This document shows positions 39,062-50,873 of a stretch of 64,000 nucleotides of DNA, in pieces. A program made the position numbers and the translations under genes. The first letter of the stretch is position 1. Each line of letters starts with the position of its first letter. This stretch comes from Eledone cirrhosa (taxonomy: Eukaryota), in the NCBI GenBank assembly GCA_964016885.1, contig OZ024742.1:239258001-239322000 (forward strand), read 5' to 3'. The notes below the pieces were generated by a model. The model had not been told where the DNA came from and did not search any database. It was given only the letters and a program-made list of their open reading frames with translations.

Positions 39062-41068
39062 ACCATCATCATAAGCATCGTTTAACGTCCATCTTCCACG
39101 CTTGCATGGGTTTGGACGGGAGTTTTCCCACTTGAGGCAAGAGTGGTTGTCTTGCTCGCATAGGACTGTCTGGCGGGTTTTCTACGGCTGGATGCCCTTC
39201 CTAACACCAACCACATTTACAGTGTGGACTAGGAGGTTTTTACCGTGTTACCTACATGGCCACATTACAGCGTGGACTGTGTGTTTTTGTCGTGACACCT
39301 ACACGACCTCATTTGTTTCGAACTGGATGTTGTGGTACCAACATAACTTTACATTGAAAGGGGTGGTGTGGATGGGTGGGGGTAGTGGGACGGGGGTGTA
39401 TTTTTGTTAGAGGTGCCTACTGACTGTAGTAGGTTTCGCTTTGTTCTTAGGTAAGGCGGGTCTTCTGTATTACTGTGTAGCGCCAAAGATCTCGGTCCAG
39501 TGACATTGTCTTGGAGAGGTGTAAGTGTGTGAGGTCGGAATTTATCAAATCGTCCCAGGTTTTTCTGGATCTGCCTACTCCGTGGCTACCGTCTATCTTT
39601 ATTGCCCTGCACTTTGTTATACAGCTATCGACTTTCATGCGCATCACGTGTCCACACCAATGTAGTCTTCTCTCGAGTAAACAACATCTGATCCCTCTTA
39701 TTTCTAATTTTTCCCTTAGTTCGTTTATGCTTTGCCGTTCACGTATATTACTATTACACATCCAGCGGAGCATGCAAGCTTCGTTCCTCTCCAGTCTGCG
39801 TATATCCTCTGCACACAATGCCCAGGTCTCACTGCCATGTAACATTGCTGTTCGTATGCAGGCATCATACAGCCTGCCTTTCATTTTTAGAGAGAACCCT
39901 TTAGTGGCTAATAGTGGTATAAGCCCTCTGAACTTTTTCCATCCAGTTCTGACTCTAGCTACTGTACTTTCAGAGCACCCTCCACCACTGCTGATTTTGT
40001 CACCCAAGTAACGGAAGGTGTCCACTATTTCTATAGGACCATCTGTGCAATGGAATGAGCTAGTATTCTGTGGGCACTTGCTGCTACTTATTGCACCAGA
40101 GCACCGGCCACATATAAAATCTATATTCTTAGTTAGCTTACCTGTGATCCCACTACATCTTTTATGCACCCATACTTTGCATTTGGGACATAAAATGGAG
40201 TTTCTACCTACGCCTTTCCTACACACTGAGCATGGCCATTTCCCGGATGGAACCGGTGCCCTATTTTCCTTCCTACAAACTAGAACTTTAGTCTTAGACA
40301 GGTTAATTTTAAGGCCTTTTGATTCTCGGCAATGCTTCCATGTTTGGAATTTCTTTTCTAGTTCAGCCATTGATTCAGCTATGAGCGTTAGATCATCTGC
40401 GTATAGGAGTTCCCATGGGCAGACGGTCTTGAACTCCACTGTTATAGCCTGAAAGGCAATAATAAATAGTAGGGGGCTAAGAACGGAGCCCTGATGAACA
40501 CCAAATTTTACGCTAAACTGTTCACTATATTCGTTGTTAATTCTAACCTTGCTGACTGTTTCTTTATACATGGCTTGTATAGCTCTCACAAGCCATTCAT
40601 CAACACCTAGTTTTCTAAGAGCCCACAAGATAATGGAACGGGGGACTCTGTCAAAGGCTTTCTCCAAGTCAACAAAAGCCAAGTATAGGGGTTTACTTTT
40701 AGCTAGGTACTTCTCCTGTAGTTGTCGTACAATGAAAAGAGCGTCTGTGGTACTTTTACCTGAAACAAACCCGAACTGCATTTCATCTAGATCAATTCTC
40801 TCTCTGATTAGTTGCGCTATTACTTTTTCTGTGACCTTCATGACCTGGTCGATTAATTTAATGCCTCTATAGTTACCCCTATCTAGGGCATCTCCTTTAC
40901 CCTTGTAGCAGTTAATGATGATGTTGCTACGCCAGTCCTTCGGAACAACCCCATTCTGTATGACTTGGTTTACTATCCGGGTGACCATGGTGTGTCCCAC
41001 CGATCCAGAAGCTTTCAGCATTTCAGCAACTATTTCCGAAGGCCCAGCCGCCTTACCCATCTTCATAT
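39062..41068 (-). mobile_element. Young 5'-truncated RTE LINE (RT ORF open, 39447-41068)
   Basis: RT motifs FVDLEKAFDRVPR, HQGSVLSP, YADD, FRYLG; Cys-rich insert; 3' UTR and (ATG)n tail. No APE endonuclease domain. Confidence 0.95.
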
Positions 41069-41087
41069 CTCTATATATATATATGAT

Positions 41088-41496
41088 AAATATATATGAA
41101 TGTATATATAGTGTATTTTGCAATACACTATATATACATTCATATATATATCGCTATTTCAAAGCACCAATTCTAATTTTCAATTTCTGCTTGACCGGCA
41201 ACCGCTCTGTATAATCAGTTCCTGATTATTACTAGAATTCTATAAGAATCAAACATTCATGATTTTCAGCAAACAGGAGGAGTAGTTAGCTTTGATAAGC
41301 ACCAAAAAGTGCGAAACAGAGCTCTGTCAGCTTTATCTCCCCTGTTTGCTGAAAATTCAAGTAAGTGAGACTGTCAGTACTCTAAAACAATAGCATAAGG
41401 TCTTTGAAATGCTTTTAATTAAGCATACAGTGTATTGCAAAATACACTATATATACATTCATATATATATTGCTATTTCAGAGCACCAATTCTAAT
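41088..41496 (+). mobile_element. 319-nt terminally redundant hammerhead-containing unit with short 5' inversion
   Basis: aatacactatatatacattcatatatatat.gctatttca.agcaccaattctaat occurs at 41122 and 41441 (period 319). About 41090-41122 is the reverse complement of about 41435-41468. Confidence 0.85.
41263..41355 (+). ncRNA. Full-length type I hammerhead ribozyme, U3-A8 core variant
   Basis: TTTTCAGCAAACAGG-a-GGAG-tagtt-AGCT TTGATAA GCAC-caaaaa-GTGC GAAA CAGAGCTCTG TC| AGCT-ttat-CTCC-CCTGTTTGCTGAAAA. GUC site, predicted cleavage after 41328. Confidence 0.85.
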
Positions 41497-41512
41497 ATAT
41501 ATATATATATAT

Positions 41513-43121
41513 ATCACTGATGCCCTCTTCCTTGTGAGGCAGTTACAGGAAAAGTACCTAGCTAAAAGTAAGCCACTTTACCTGGCATTCGTCGATCCCG
41601 AGAAAGACTTTGACAGAGTTCCCCGTGCTATAATCTGGTGGGCTCTTAGAAAACTAGGAGTAGATGAATGGCTTGTGAAAGCTGTACAAGCCATGTATAG
41701 GGGAGCAGTCAGCAAAGTTAGGATTAGCAATGAGTATAGCGAGGAATTTAGCGTACAGGTCGGTGTCCACCAGGGCTCTGTTCTTAGCCCCCTCCTGTTC
41801 ATCATAGTCCTGCAGGCAATAACGGAGGAGTTTGAGACCGGAAGCCCATGGGAACTCCTGTATGCAAATGACCTCGCACTTATAGCTGAATCTATTTTAG
41901 AACTAGACAAGAAATTCCAAACTTGGAAGCAGGGACTAGAAAGAAAGGGTCTCAAAGTCAACATGACAAAGACTAAGGTCCTTGTAAGTAGACGAGAAAA
42001 CAGAACCCAGATCCCCTCAGGGAAATGGCGTTGCTCAGTATGTAGGAAAGGTGTAGGTAGGAACTCCATTCTCTGCCCCAAATGCAAACAATGGGTACAC
42101 AAGAGATGTAGCGGGATCTCAGAAAGCTTAACTAAGAATGTAGGCTTCACATGTAGCAGCTGTGCTGGGACAGCAAGCAGCAAACAGCCACAGGAAACAA
42201 GTACCACCAAACTCTGGGAGGGTTCTGTAGAAACAGTAGACAGCTTCTGCTACCTAGGTGACCGAATTAGCAGCAGAGGTGGGTGTTCGGAAAGTACAAT
42301 AACTAGGGTAAGAACGGGATGGAAGAAGTTCAGGGAGCCACTGCTAACTACAAAAGGCTTTTCCCTCAAAATGAAAGGCAGACTGTATGATGCATGCATG
42401 CGAACAGCAATGTTACATGGTAGTGAGACCTGGGCGCTGTCTGTGGAAGACTTGCGTAGATTAGAAAGAAACAAAGCCTGCATGCTCCGATGGATGTGTA
42501 ATAGTAATATACGCGAACGGCAAAGCATAAATGAATTGAGAGAGAGACTGAGCATAAGAGGAATCAAATGCTGTGTGCAGGAGAGGCGGTTGCGTTGGTA
42601 TGGACATGTGATGCGTTTGAAGGATGACAGCTGCATAAAAAGGTGCAGAGCAGTAGAAGTTGATGGAAACCGCGGAGTGGGGAGACCCAAGAAGACCTGG
42701 GATGAGGTGATAAAAGCCGACCTTATCCAATTATATCTCTCAAAGGCGATGACACACGACCATAACCTCTGGTGTCACGCAGTAACACAGAAGACCCGAC
42801 CCCCCCATGTGTACAAGCCGAAACTGAAGCATATAGACAATATGCCACCACACCCTCCCACTGCAAAGTGGTCGTGGAGGTGCCATGGCAAAAAAGCACC
42901 CAGCCCACACTGTAAAGTGGACGTATAGGTGCCACGGAAAAAAGCACCCAGCACTCACTGCAAATGAGGTTGGTATTAGGAAGGGCATCCAGCTGTAGAA
43001 ATCAAGCCAAAATCAGTTCCCATATGAGCAAGACAAGGTCGGCCGACCGGACACTGCCCACAACAGGACAACCTGTCTAACCCATGCTAGCATGGAAGAA
43101 CGGACATAAAACGGTGATGAT
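41513..43121 (+). mobile_element. Young 5'-truncated RTE LINE (second subfamily)
   Basis: Open RT ORF to 42928 with the catalytic motif mutated (YAND). 3' UTR and short (ATG) tail. Confidence 0.95.
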
Positions 43122-44197
43122 TATATATATATATATATGTTACAGCTTGTAGAATTTCATTAATCACAGTAGATATCCATGTTTATGACCCCTCAGATGG
43201 GTCTAGTTGGTGGAATGAATGCTTTTCTAGGTAGTTTATCAGTGCAATTTGTTATTTTGTTGACTTGGTTTATCTTTATTTGTTTCAAAGACATGACAAC
43301 CTCCTTAGTGCTGGCTCCATGATAAAATGCAGGAAAGTATCTAAGCAAGATGCTTACATATGGCTGGTCTGAGAGGTCAGGGTTCTGGTTAACTACTGAC
43401 TTGGTCCATGATGACCTATCAAGGAAAATGGACATTAAATGATGATGATGAATTATGATCATCGTCATCATCACCATTTTACGTCCATTCTTCAACACTA
43501 GCATGGGTTAGACGGGTTGTCCTGTTGTGGGCAATGCCAGGTCAGGTGACCATGCTTTGCTCATACAGAACTGATTTTGGCTCGATTTCTACAGTTGGAT
43601 GCCCTTCCTAAAACCAACCTCATTTACAGTGAGTACTGGGTGCTTTTTTACCATAGTGCTTACACAACCACTTTACAGTGTGGACTGGGAGCTTTTTGTC
43701 ATGACACTTACACAACCATTTTACATTGGGAGGAGGGGATACTCTCTATCTGCTTTAGCTTCAACTTGTACCTATGAGAAGTTGGGTATTCTGTATTATA
43801 TGATATATATCAATATATACACACACATATATATGTAGCAGAAAACAAAAAAAAAAAAAAACTATTTCTACACACACACAAAAACAAACACATAAATAAA
43901 ATTTCTGTGCACTTGAATTTTTGTGGATTGTCATGAACCATTCTATAGACTTGACTACTTAACACAAACAAAATAGACATGGATTCCTTTTGGGATTGTC
44001 ACTGAACCATGACACTCCCAATTTTTAGCAAAATCGTGTTATAATCCACAACCAATCAAATTGTATCTGAGCCATTTTTTTGGCATAAAAAGGAAAGGAA
44101 TTTTCCAAACCATCAGATCTGAGGCACTATGGCATAACCACATCTCTCACTTAACTTTTGAAAATCATCCAACTGTGAAACCGGTAAAGTTATTATA

Positions 44198-44810
44198 AAT
44201 GTGAACGGCAAAGCATAAACGAACTAAGTGAGAAATTAGGAATAAGAGGGATCAGATGCTGTTTACTTGAGATGGTATGGTCACGTGATGCGCATGAAAG
44301 ATGACAGCTGCATAAAAAAGTGCAGGGCGATCAAAATTGATGGTAGTTACGGAGTAGGTAGACCCAGAAAAACCTGGGATGATCTGATAAATTCCAACCT
44401 CACACACTTACATCTCTCTAAGACAATGTCTCTGGACCGAGATCTTTGGCGCTATGCAGTAATACAGTAGGCACCTCTTAACCAAATATACACCCCCAAT
44501 CCACTACCCCTACACTATCCTCCCACTCCCACCAACAGCACGAGAAAATGAGATTGAGATCGTGTAGGTGTCACGCCAAAAAAAAACACACACAGTCCAT
44601 GCTGTAATGTGGCCGTGTAGGTAACACAGTAAAAAGTTCCACACTGTAAATGTGGTGGTGTTAGGAAGGGCATCCAGCCGTAGAAAACCTGCCAGATAGT
44701 CCTATATGAGCGAGACATGGTGACCCGACCAGCCTTGCCTCAGGTGGGACAACTCCCGTCTAACCCATGCTAACGTGGAAAATGGACGTTAAACGAAGAT
44801 GATGATGATG
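44198..44810 (+). mobile_element. RTE LINE 3' end
   Basis: RWYGHVMRMKDDSCIKKCRAIKIDG...GRPRKTW, then 3' UTR and (ATG)n. Confidence 0.9.
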
Positions 44811-44890
44811 AAATCTTTACATTTTTTACATCTTTTTCCCATATTTTTTACTCGTATGGGATATAAAAAAACAACTTACTTTCCTATATA

Positions 44891-46843
44891 TCATCATCAT
44901 CGTTTAACGTCTATCTTCCACGCTAGGGTTAGATGGGTTTGTCCCATTTGAGGCAAGTTGGGTCGGGTGACCGTGTCTCGTTCATATAGGACTGTTTCCA
45001 ACTGGTTTTCTACGGCTGGGTGCCCTACCTAATGCCAACCTCATTTACAGTGTGTGCTGAATGCTTTTTGCCATGTCTCCTACACGACCACTTTACTGTG
45101 GATTGGGTGCTTTTTTTCGTGACACCTACATGACCACTTTACAGTGTGGGCTGGATCTTTTGTGGTATCAACATAACTTTTACAGAGTAAGGGTGGTGTG
45201 GGCGGAAGTGGAAGGGTGGTGTAGTAGTGTGGAGTGTACATTTGATTAAGAGGTGCCTACTGAGTGTAGGTTTAAGTCTGTGCGCAAGGGAAGGCGGGTC
45301 TTCTGTATTACTGCATAGCGCCAAAGAGCTTGATCCTGTGTCATTGTCTTAGAGAGGTTCAAGCGTGCAAAGGTCAGCTTTTATCACCTCGTCCCAGGTC
45401 TTTCTGGGTCTACTCACTCCGTAGCCTCCATCAATTTTGATTGCCCTACAGGTTTTTATACAGCTGTCGTCCTTCATACGCACCACATGACCATACCAAC
45501 GCAATCTTCTCTCTAGTAAACATCTGATCCCCCTTACACATCCATCAGAGCCTGCATGCTTCGTTTCTTTCCAATCCGTGCAGATCCTCTGCACACAATG
45601 CCCAGGTCTCACTACCATGTGACATTGCTGTTCGAATACAAGCATCATACTATATGCCTTGCATTTTTAGAGAGAAACCTTTTATGGCCAACAACGGTAT
45701 TAGTTCTCTGAACTTTTTCCCCTCTCGTTCTAACTCTGGCCACTGTACTTTCAGAACACCCTTCTCCACTGCTGATTTTGTCACCCAGGTAACGGAAAGT
45801 GTCTACTATTTCTATAGAACCATCTGGGCAGTTGAAGGAGTGTGCAGTGGGCACTTGCTACTTATTACACCTGAGTATCGACCACATATAAAACCAACAT
45901 TCTTTGATAGCTGGCCTGTGATCCCACTACACCTTTTATGTACCCATAGCTTGCATTTGGGACATAGAATGGAATTTCTACCTACTCCTTTCTTACACAC
46001 TGAGCAAGGCCATTTCCCTGAGGGAACCTGTGCCCTATTTTCTTTTCTACATATTAGAACTGTAGTCTTAGACAAGTTAACTTTAAGGCCTTTTGATTCT
46101 AGGCCATGCTTCCAGGTTTAGAATCTCTTTTCTAGTTCTGCCATAGATTTAGCTATGAGCGTTAGATCATCAGCACATAGAAGTTCCCATGGGCAGCCAG
46201 TCTTAAACTCTTCTGTTATATCCTATAGGACAATAATAAACAGAAGGGGACTAAGGACGGAGCCTACTTTTATGCTAAATTTAGCGTAAAACACCTACTT
46301 TTACGCTAAATTCTTTACTATATTTATTGTTAATTCTAACCTTGTTGACTGTTCCTTTCACAAGCCACTTATCTACTCCTAGTTTTCTAAGAGCCCACCA
46401 GATAATGGAACGGGGCACTCTGTCGAAGGCTTTCTCCAAGTCAACAAAGAGCTAAGTATAGGGGTTTACTTTTAGCTAGGTACTTCTGTAGTTGCTGTAC
46501 AAGGAAGAGAGCATACGTGGTACTTTTATCTGGCACAAACCCAAACTGCATTTCATCTAGATCAATTGAATCCCTAATCAGTTGTGCGATAACTCTTTCT
46601 GTAACCTTCACGACCTGGTCAACTAACTTAATGCTTCTAAAGTTTTCTCTATCTAGAGCGTCTCCTTTGCCCTTGTAGCAGTTAACAATGATGCTGCTAC
46701 GCCAGTCATTTGGTATGGCCCCATTCTGTATTACTTGGACTACTATCTGGGTGATCACAGTATTTCCCACCATTCCAGATGCTTTCAACATCTCAGCAAC
46801 TATCTCTGAATGCCTAGCTGCCTTGCCTGTCTTCATATCTTCA
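44891..46843 (-). mobile_element. 5'-truncated, frameshifted RTE LINE
   Basis: ORF pieces 46441-46836, 45812-46075 and 45349-45854 are homologous to the intact copies. (CAT)n at 44891. Confidence 0.92.
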
Positions 46844-46872
46844 TATAAATTACTTTCTGCTTAAACTTCTAG

Positions 46873-46982
46873 AACAAAACATCATGGGTTCTATTCAACA
46901 TGGCAGCATTTTACTGGCGTATCAAGGGAGATTCTTATCAAGTTATTGAATGTCTACGCAGGGCTTTGCATTATTCTCCAAG
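46873..46982 (+). CDS. TTC17: TTC17-like exon E (TPR)
   Basis: ttctag acceptor, gtaagt donor. NKTSWVLFNMAAFYWRIKGDSYQVIECLRRALHYSP(R), a characteristic TTC17 TPR motif. Phase 0 in, phase 2 out. Confidence 0.92.
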
Positions 46983-48262
46983 GTAAGTAAGCATCTCAAT
47001 ATCTCAGTTCAGTTGACATTTAGTTAACCCTTTTCATGCCAATTTGGCTGAATCACTCCTGGTGCTGGTGGTATAAAATTATTTGTTTTAAATTGTTTAT
47101 ATTTATCTAAAAACTTTCCAACATAATTTTATGTAAGAATCTTTGTTAACCCTTTTGCCACCAACTAAGTTGAAACTGTCCCTAATATTAAGCTGTCTAT
47201 TTTAAAATATTTATATTTATCAAAAACCTTCCATCATAATTTTATCTAAAAACCTTTGTTAAGTTATGGCCCAAACACCAACTTGGTAATGAAAAAGTTG
47301 CCTATGCTACTAAATCCCTCCAAATTCTATATTATTTTCAAAATTATTTGAAAATCATAGTTTGTGTCTTTCATTAGAATTATGGTAATGAAAGGGACTG
47401 TGATATGAATTTGTGAGCTAGATTGGTTGGTCAATGAGGTCATATATTATGTTGTAGTGTGCTGAAACTTTGGTGCTGTGTGCAACTGTGAATATCATAA
47501 TGCAATATGTTATAGGGAAATGTCAATAGATCTGAGTGGCACAACTCAGTAGATAGTTGCTATACTGAGTATTTTGCATTATTGTTTCGTCCTAAATCAG
47601 CTCTGATTGAGCAGACCTGTAATCAAAGGCATTCCACCTATGATTGCTTTGTCTTTTGTATATCTTAGACTGCATTATCAAATATAGCTTTTCAAGATGG
47701 TAGAATGTGATTTGATGGAGACTTAGCTGCTGTTTTAGCATGTTGAACTGCCACATAGAAGGTAGCTCATTGGTTTGATAAATAACATGATGTTAACTTT
47801 TGTACTATATCCTGTGTGTGGATGTAGCATGGTTGAATAGTTAAGAAATTAGCTTTGCAATCATGTGGTTCTTGGTTTGATCCCCTTAGTGGGGCCTGCT
47901 CCATTTGTAGGTTTGATGAATGTTGAGGTCATCCATCTTTATTGACAGGCATTGGTTTTTGTCCTGTCAGGATGTTCGTCCATCCTCCCTTGAATGGGGT
48001 TGCCAGTTTAGTAGCTGATGGCCTGACTATGAAACAGGTAGTGCTGGTTTATATAATTACTAATAGCAGATCATTTGATCTGGCCTGATTATTTAATTAT
48101 ATCACCATCTCCTTATCGAAAATATCCCATGACAAATATTATTTTAAAAATTCAAAGAAAAAAATGGATAATTTTATTGTTAAAACTATATTTTGTGAAA
48201 CTTATTCTTGAGGAACTATTTCTTTGTTTTAAAATAATGAAAATTGTTGGTGTTCTTTGCAG

Positions 48263-48410
48263 GATGCAGAAGGATGTGGCTCTGATTAGTTTGGCTAACG
48301 TCCTGCACAGGGCCCGTTATTCTAATGAGGCAGCTATTGTTGTGCATGCAGCTCTTGATGTCTCAAAGGAGTTAAACGTTAACCACTTCACTCTGGGTAA
48401 CATCTACGCG
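48263..48410 (+). CDS. TTC17: TTC17-like exon F (TPR)
   Basis: tttgcag acceptor, gtaagc donor. (R)MQKDVALISLANVLHRARYSNEAAIVVHAALDVSKELNVNHFTLGNIYA. Phase 2 in, phase 0 out. Confidence 0.92.
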
Positions 48411-48772
48411 GTAAGCTAACATACTTGGCATTCTTCTGGTAAAGATTCTTCTTTTGAATTGTTTGTTACTCCTTGGATATTGTGCCCAGTGTTCGTCAAA
48501 TTCTTCATTAACTAATTCAAATACAGTGTATGCCATTAGAAATATTGTCACAACAAGGATTAAATTAGTATCTTAGTAAAGAAATAATGAATAATTTTAG
48601 TAAATCCTTTGTTCTTCATTTATTAATTGAAATAGTGTATACTTGTATTTCATTAGAAATATACACATAATAAGAAAGCTTTAAGAAACTTGGACTTATA
48701 TCTTGCCACCAGCATTGTTATATAGGTCATTTATTGAACTTCTTTTGTTACCTTGTTGGATATTAAAGCTTG

Positions 48773-49690
48773 GCTGTACAGTAGTTAGAGTTAGAACGGG
48801 ATGGAAAAAGTTCAGAGAGCTTATACCACTATTGGCCGCTAAATGGTTCTCTCTAAAAATGAAAGGCAGGCTGTATGATGCCTGCATACGAACAGCGATG
48901 TTACATGGCAGTGAGACTTGGGCATTGTGTGCAGAGGATATACGCAGACTGGAGAGGAACGAAGCTTGCATGCTCCATTGGATGTGTAATAGTAATATAC
49001 GTGAACGGCAAAGCATAAACGAACTAAGGGAGAAATTAGGAATAAGAGGGATCAGATGTTGTCTACTCGAGAGAAGACTACGTTGGTACGGTCACGTGAT
49101 GCGCATGAAAGACAACAGCTGTATAAAAAAGTGCAGGGCGATAAAAATAGACGGTAGCCACGGAGTAGGCAGACCCAGAAAAACCTGGGACGACTTGATA
49201 AATTCCGACCTCACACACTTACACCTCTCCGAGACAATGTCACTGGACCAAGATCTTTGGCGCTACACAGTAACACAGAAAACCCGCCTTGCCTAAGTAC
49301 AAAGCGAAACCTACAGTCAGTAGGCACCTCTAACAAAAATACACCCCATCCCACTACCCCCCCACGCCATCCACACCACCCCTTTCAATGTAAAGTTATG
49401 TTGGTACCACAACATCCAGTCCGAAATAAATGAGGTCGTGTAGGTGTCACGACAAAAAAAAAAACACACAGTCCACGCTGTAATGTGGCCGTGTAGGTAA
49501 CACGGTAAAAACCTCCTAGTACACACTGTAAACATGGTTGGTGTTAGGAAGGGCATCCAGCCGTAGAAAACCCGCCAGACAGTCCTATACGAGCAAGACA
49601 ACCAATCTTGCCTCAAGTGGGAAAATTCCCGTCCAAACCCATGCAAGCGTGGAAGATGGACGTTAAACGATGATGATGATGATGATGATG
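48773..49690 (+). mobile_element. Young RTE LINE 3' portion
   Basis: ORF to 49296 is nearly identical to the C-terminus of 39447-41068. 3' UTR and (ATG)n tail. Confidence 0.93.
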
Positions 49691-50131
49691 GCTGTGAGGC
49701 AAAGAAGTTGGCTTTTTAGCTATATGATTTGTGGTTTGATCCCACTGTGCAGCACCTTGAGCAAGTTTCTCTTTAATTATCCTTGGATAGACCAATGCCT
49801 TGTGAATGGAATATGTGTGGAAGCCTCCTTTACATGTATATGCACATATATTTGTGTATCATCATCAGCATCATTTGACATGTTTTCCATGTTGACATGG
49901 GTTGAATAGGTTATCACTGTCTAAGACTATATATTTTTTCCGTCCTCCTTATATCTATATATCTCAAATGGTTAGAATGTAGAAGCCATGATCATAAGGC
50001 CATGCGTTTGATTCCTGGATTAGGTAGCATGTACTTTATTTCATGTTCTCCCTTCTGCCAGGAATTGCGACTGGCATATAGTATCAGCTTTTGTCTGACC
50101 TAATGATCAACTGCTTCCCTTTGTTTTCCAT

Positions 50132-50410
50132 ATCATCATCATCATCGTTTAACGTCCATCTTCCACGCTAGCATGGGTTAGATGGGGGTTGTCCCAATTT
50201 GAGGCAAGGTTGGTCGGGTGACCGTGTCTCGCTCATATAGGACTATCTGGCAGGTTTTATACGGCTGGATGCCCTTCCTAACACCAACCACATTTACAGT
50301 GTGGTCTGGGAACTTTTTACCGTGTTACCTACACAGCCACATAGCGTGGGCTGTGTTTTTTGTTGTGACACCTACACGATCTCTCTCTCTCTTTCTCACT
50401 CTCTCTCTCG

Positions 50411-50456
<46 letters not shown>

Positions 50457-50798
50457 CATCATCATCATCATCATCATCAACGTTTAACGTCCGTGTTCCA
50501 CGCTCGCATGGGTTTGGACGGGGGTAGTCCCACTTGAGGCAAGAGTGATTGTCTTGCTCGCATAGGACTGTCTGGCAGGTTTTCTACAGTTGGATGCCCT
50601 TCCTAACACCAACCACATTTACAGTGTGGGTCTGGGAGGTTTTTACCGTGTTGCCTACACGGCCACATTACAGCGTGGACTGTGTGTTTTTTTGTCGTGA
50701 CACCTACACGATCTCATTTGTTTCGGCCTCGATGGCGCGGCACCAACATAACTTTACATAGAACGGGGTGGTGTGGATCGGGTGGGGGTGGTGGGACG

Positions 50799-50800
<2 letters not shown>
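50132..50800 (-). mobile_element. Two RTE 3'-UTR-only insertions (50132-50381, 50455-50800)
   Basis: Each starts with (CAT)n-cgtttaacgtcc. 50455-50790 is almost identical to 50870-51205. Confidence 0.9.

Positions 50801-50869
<69 letters not shown>

Positions 50870-50873
<4 letters not shown>

Noticed and set aside
41435-41512. Shared N-terminus MQNTLYIHSYI on the two RTE ORFs (41123- and 41435+)
   Set aside because: It comes from the short inverted duplication in the flanking 319-nt unit, not from the RTE protein.
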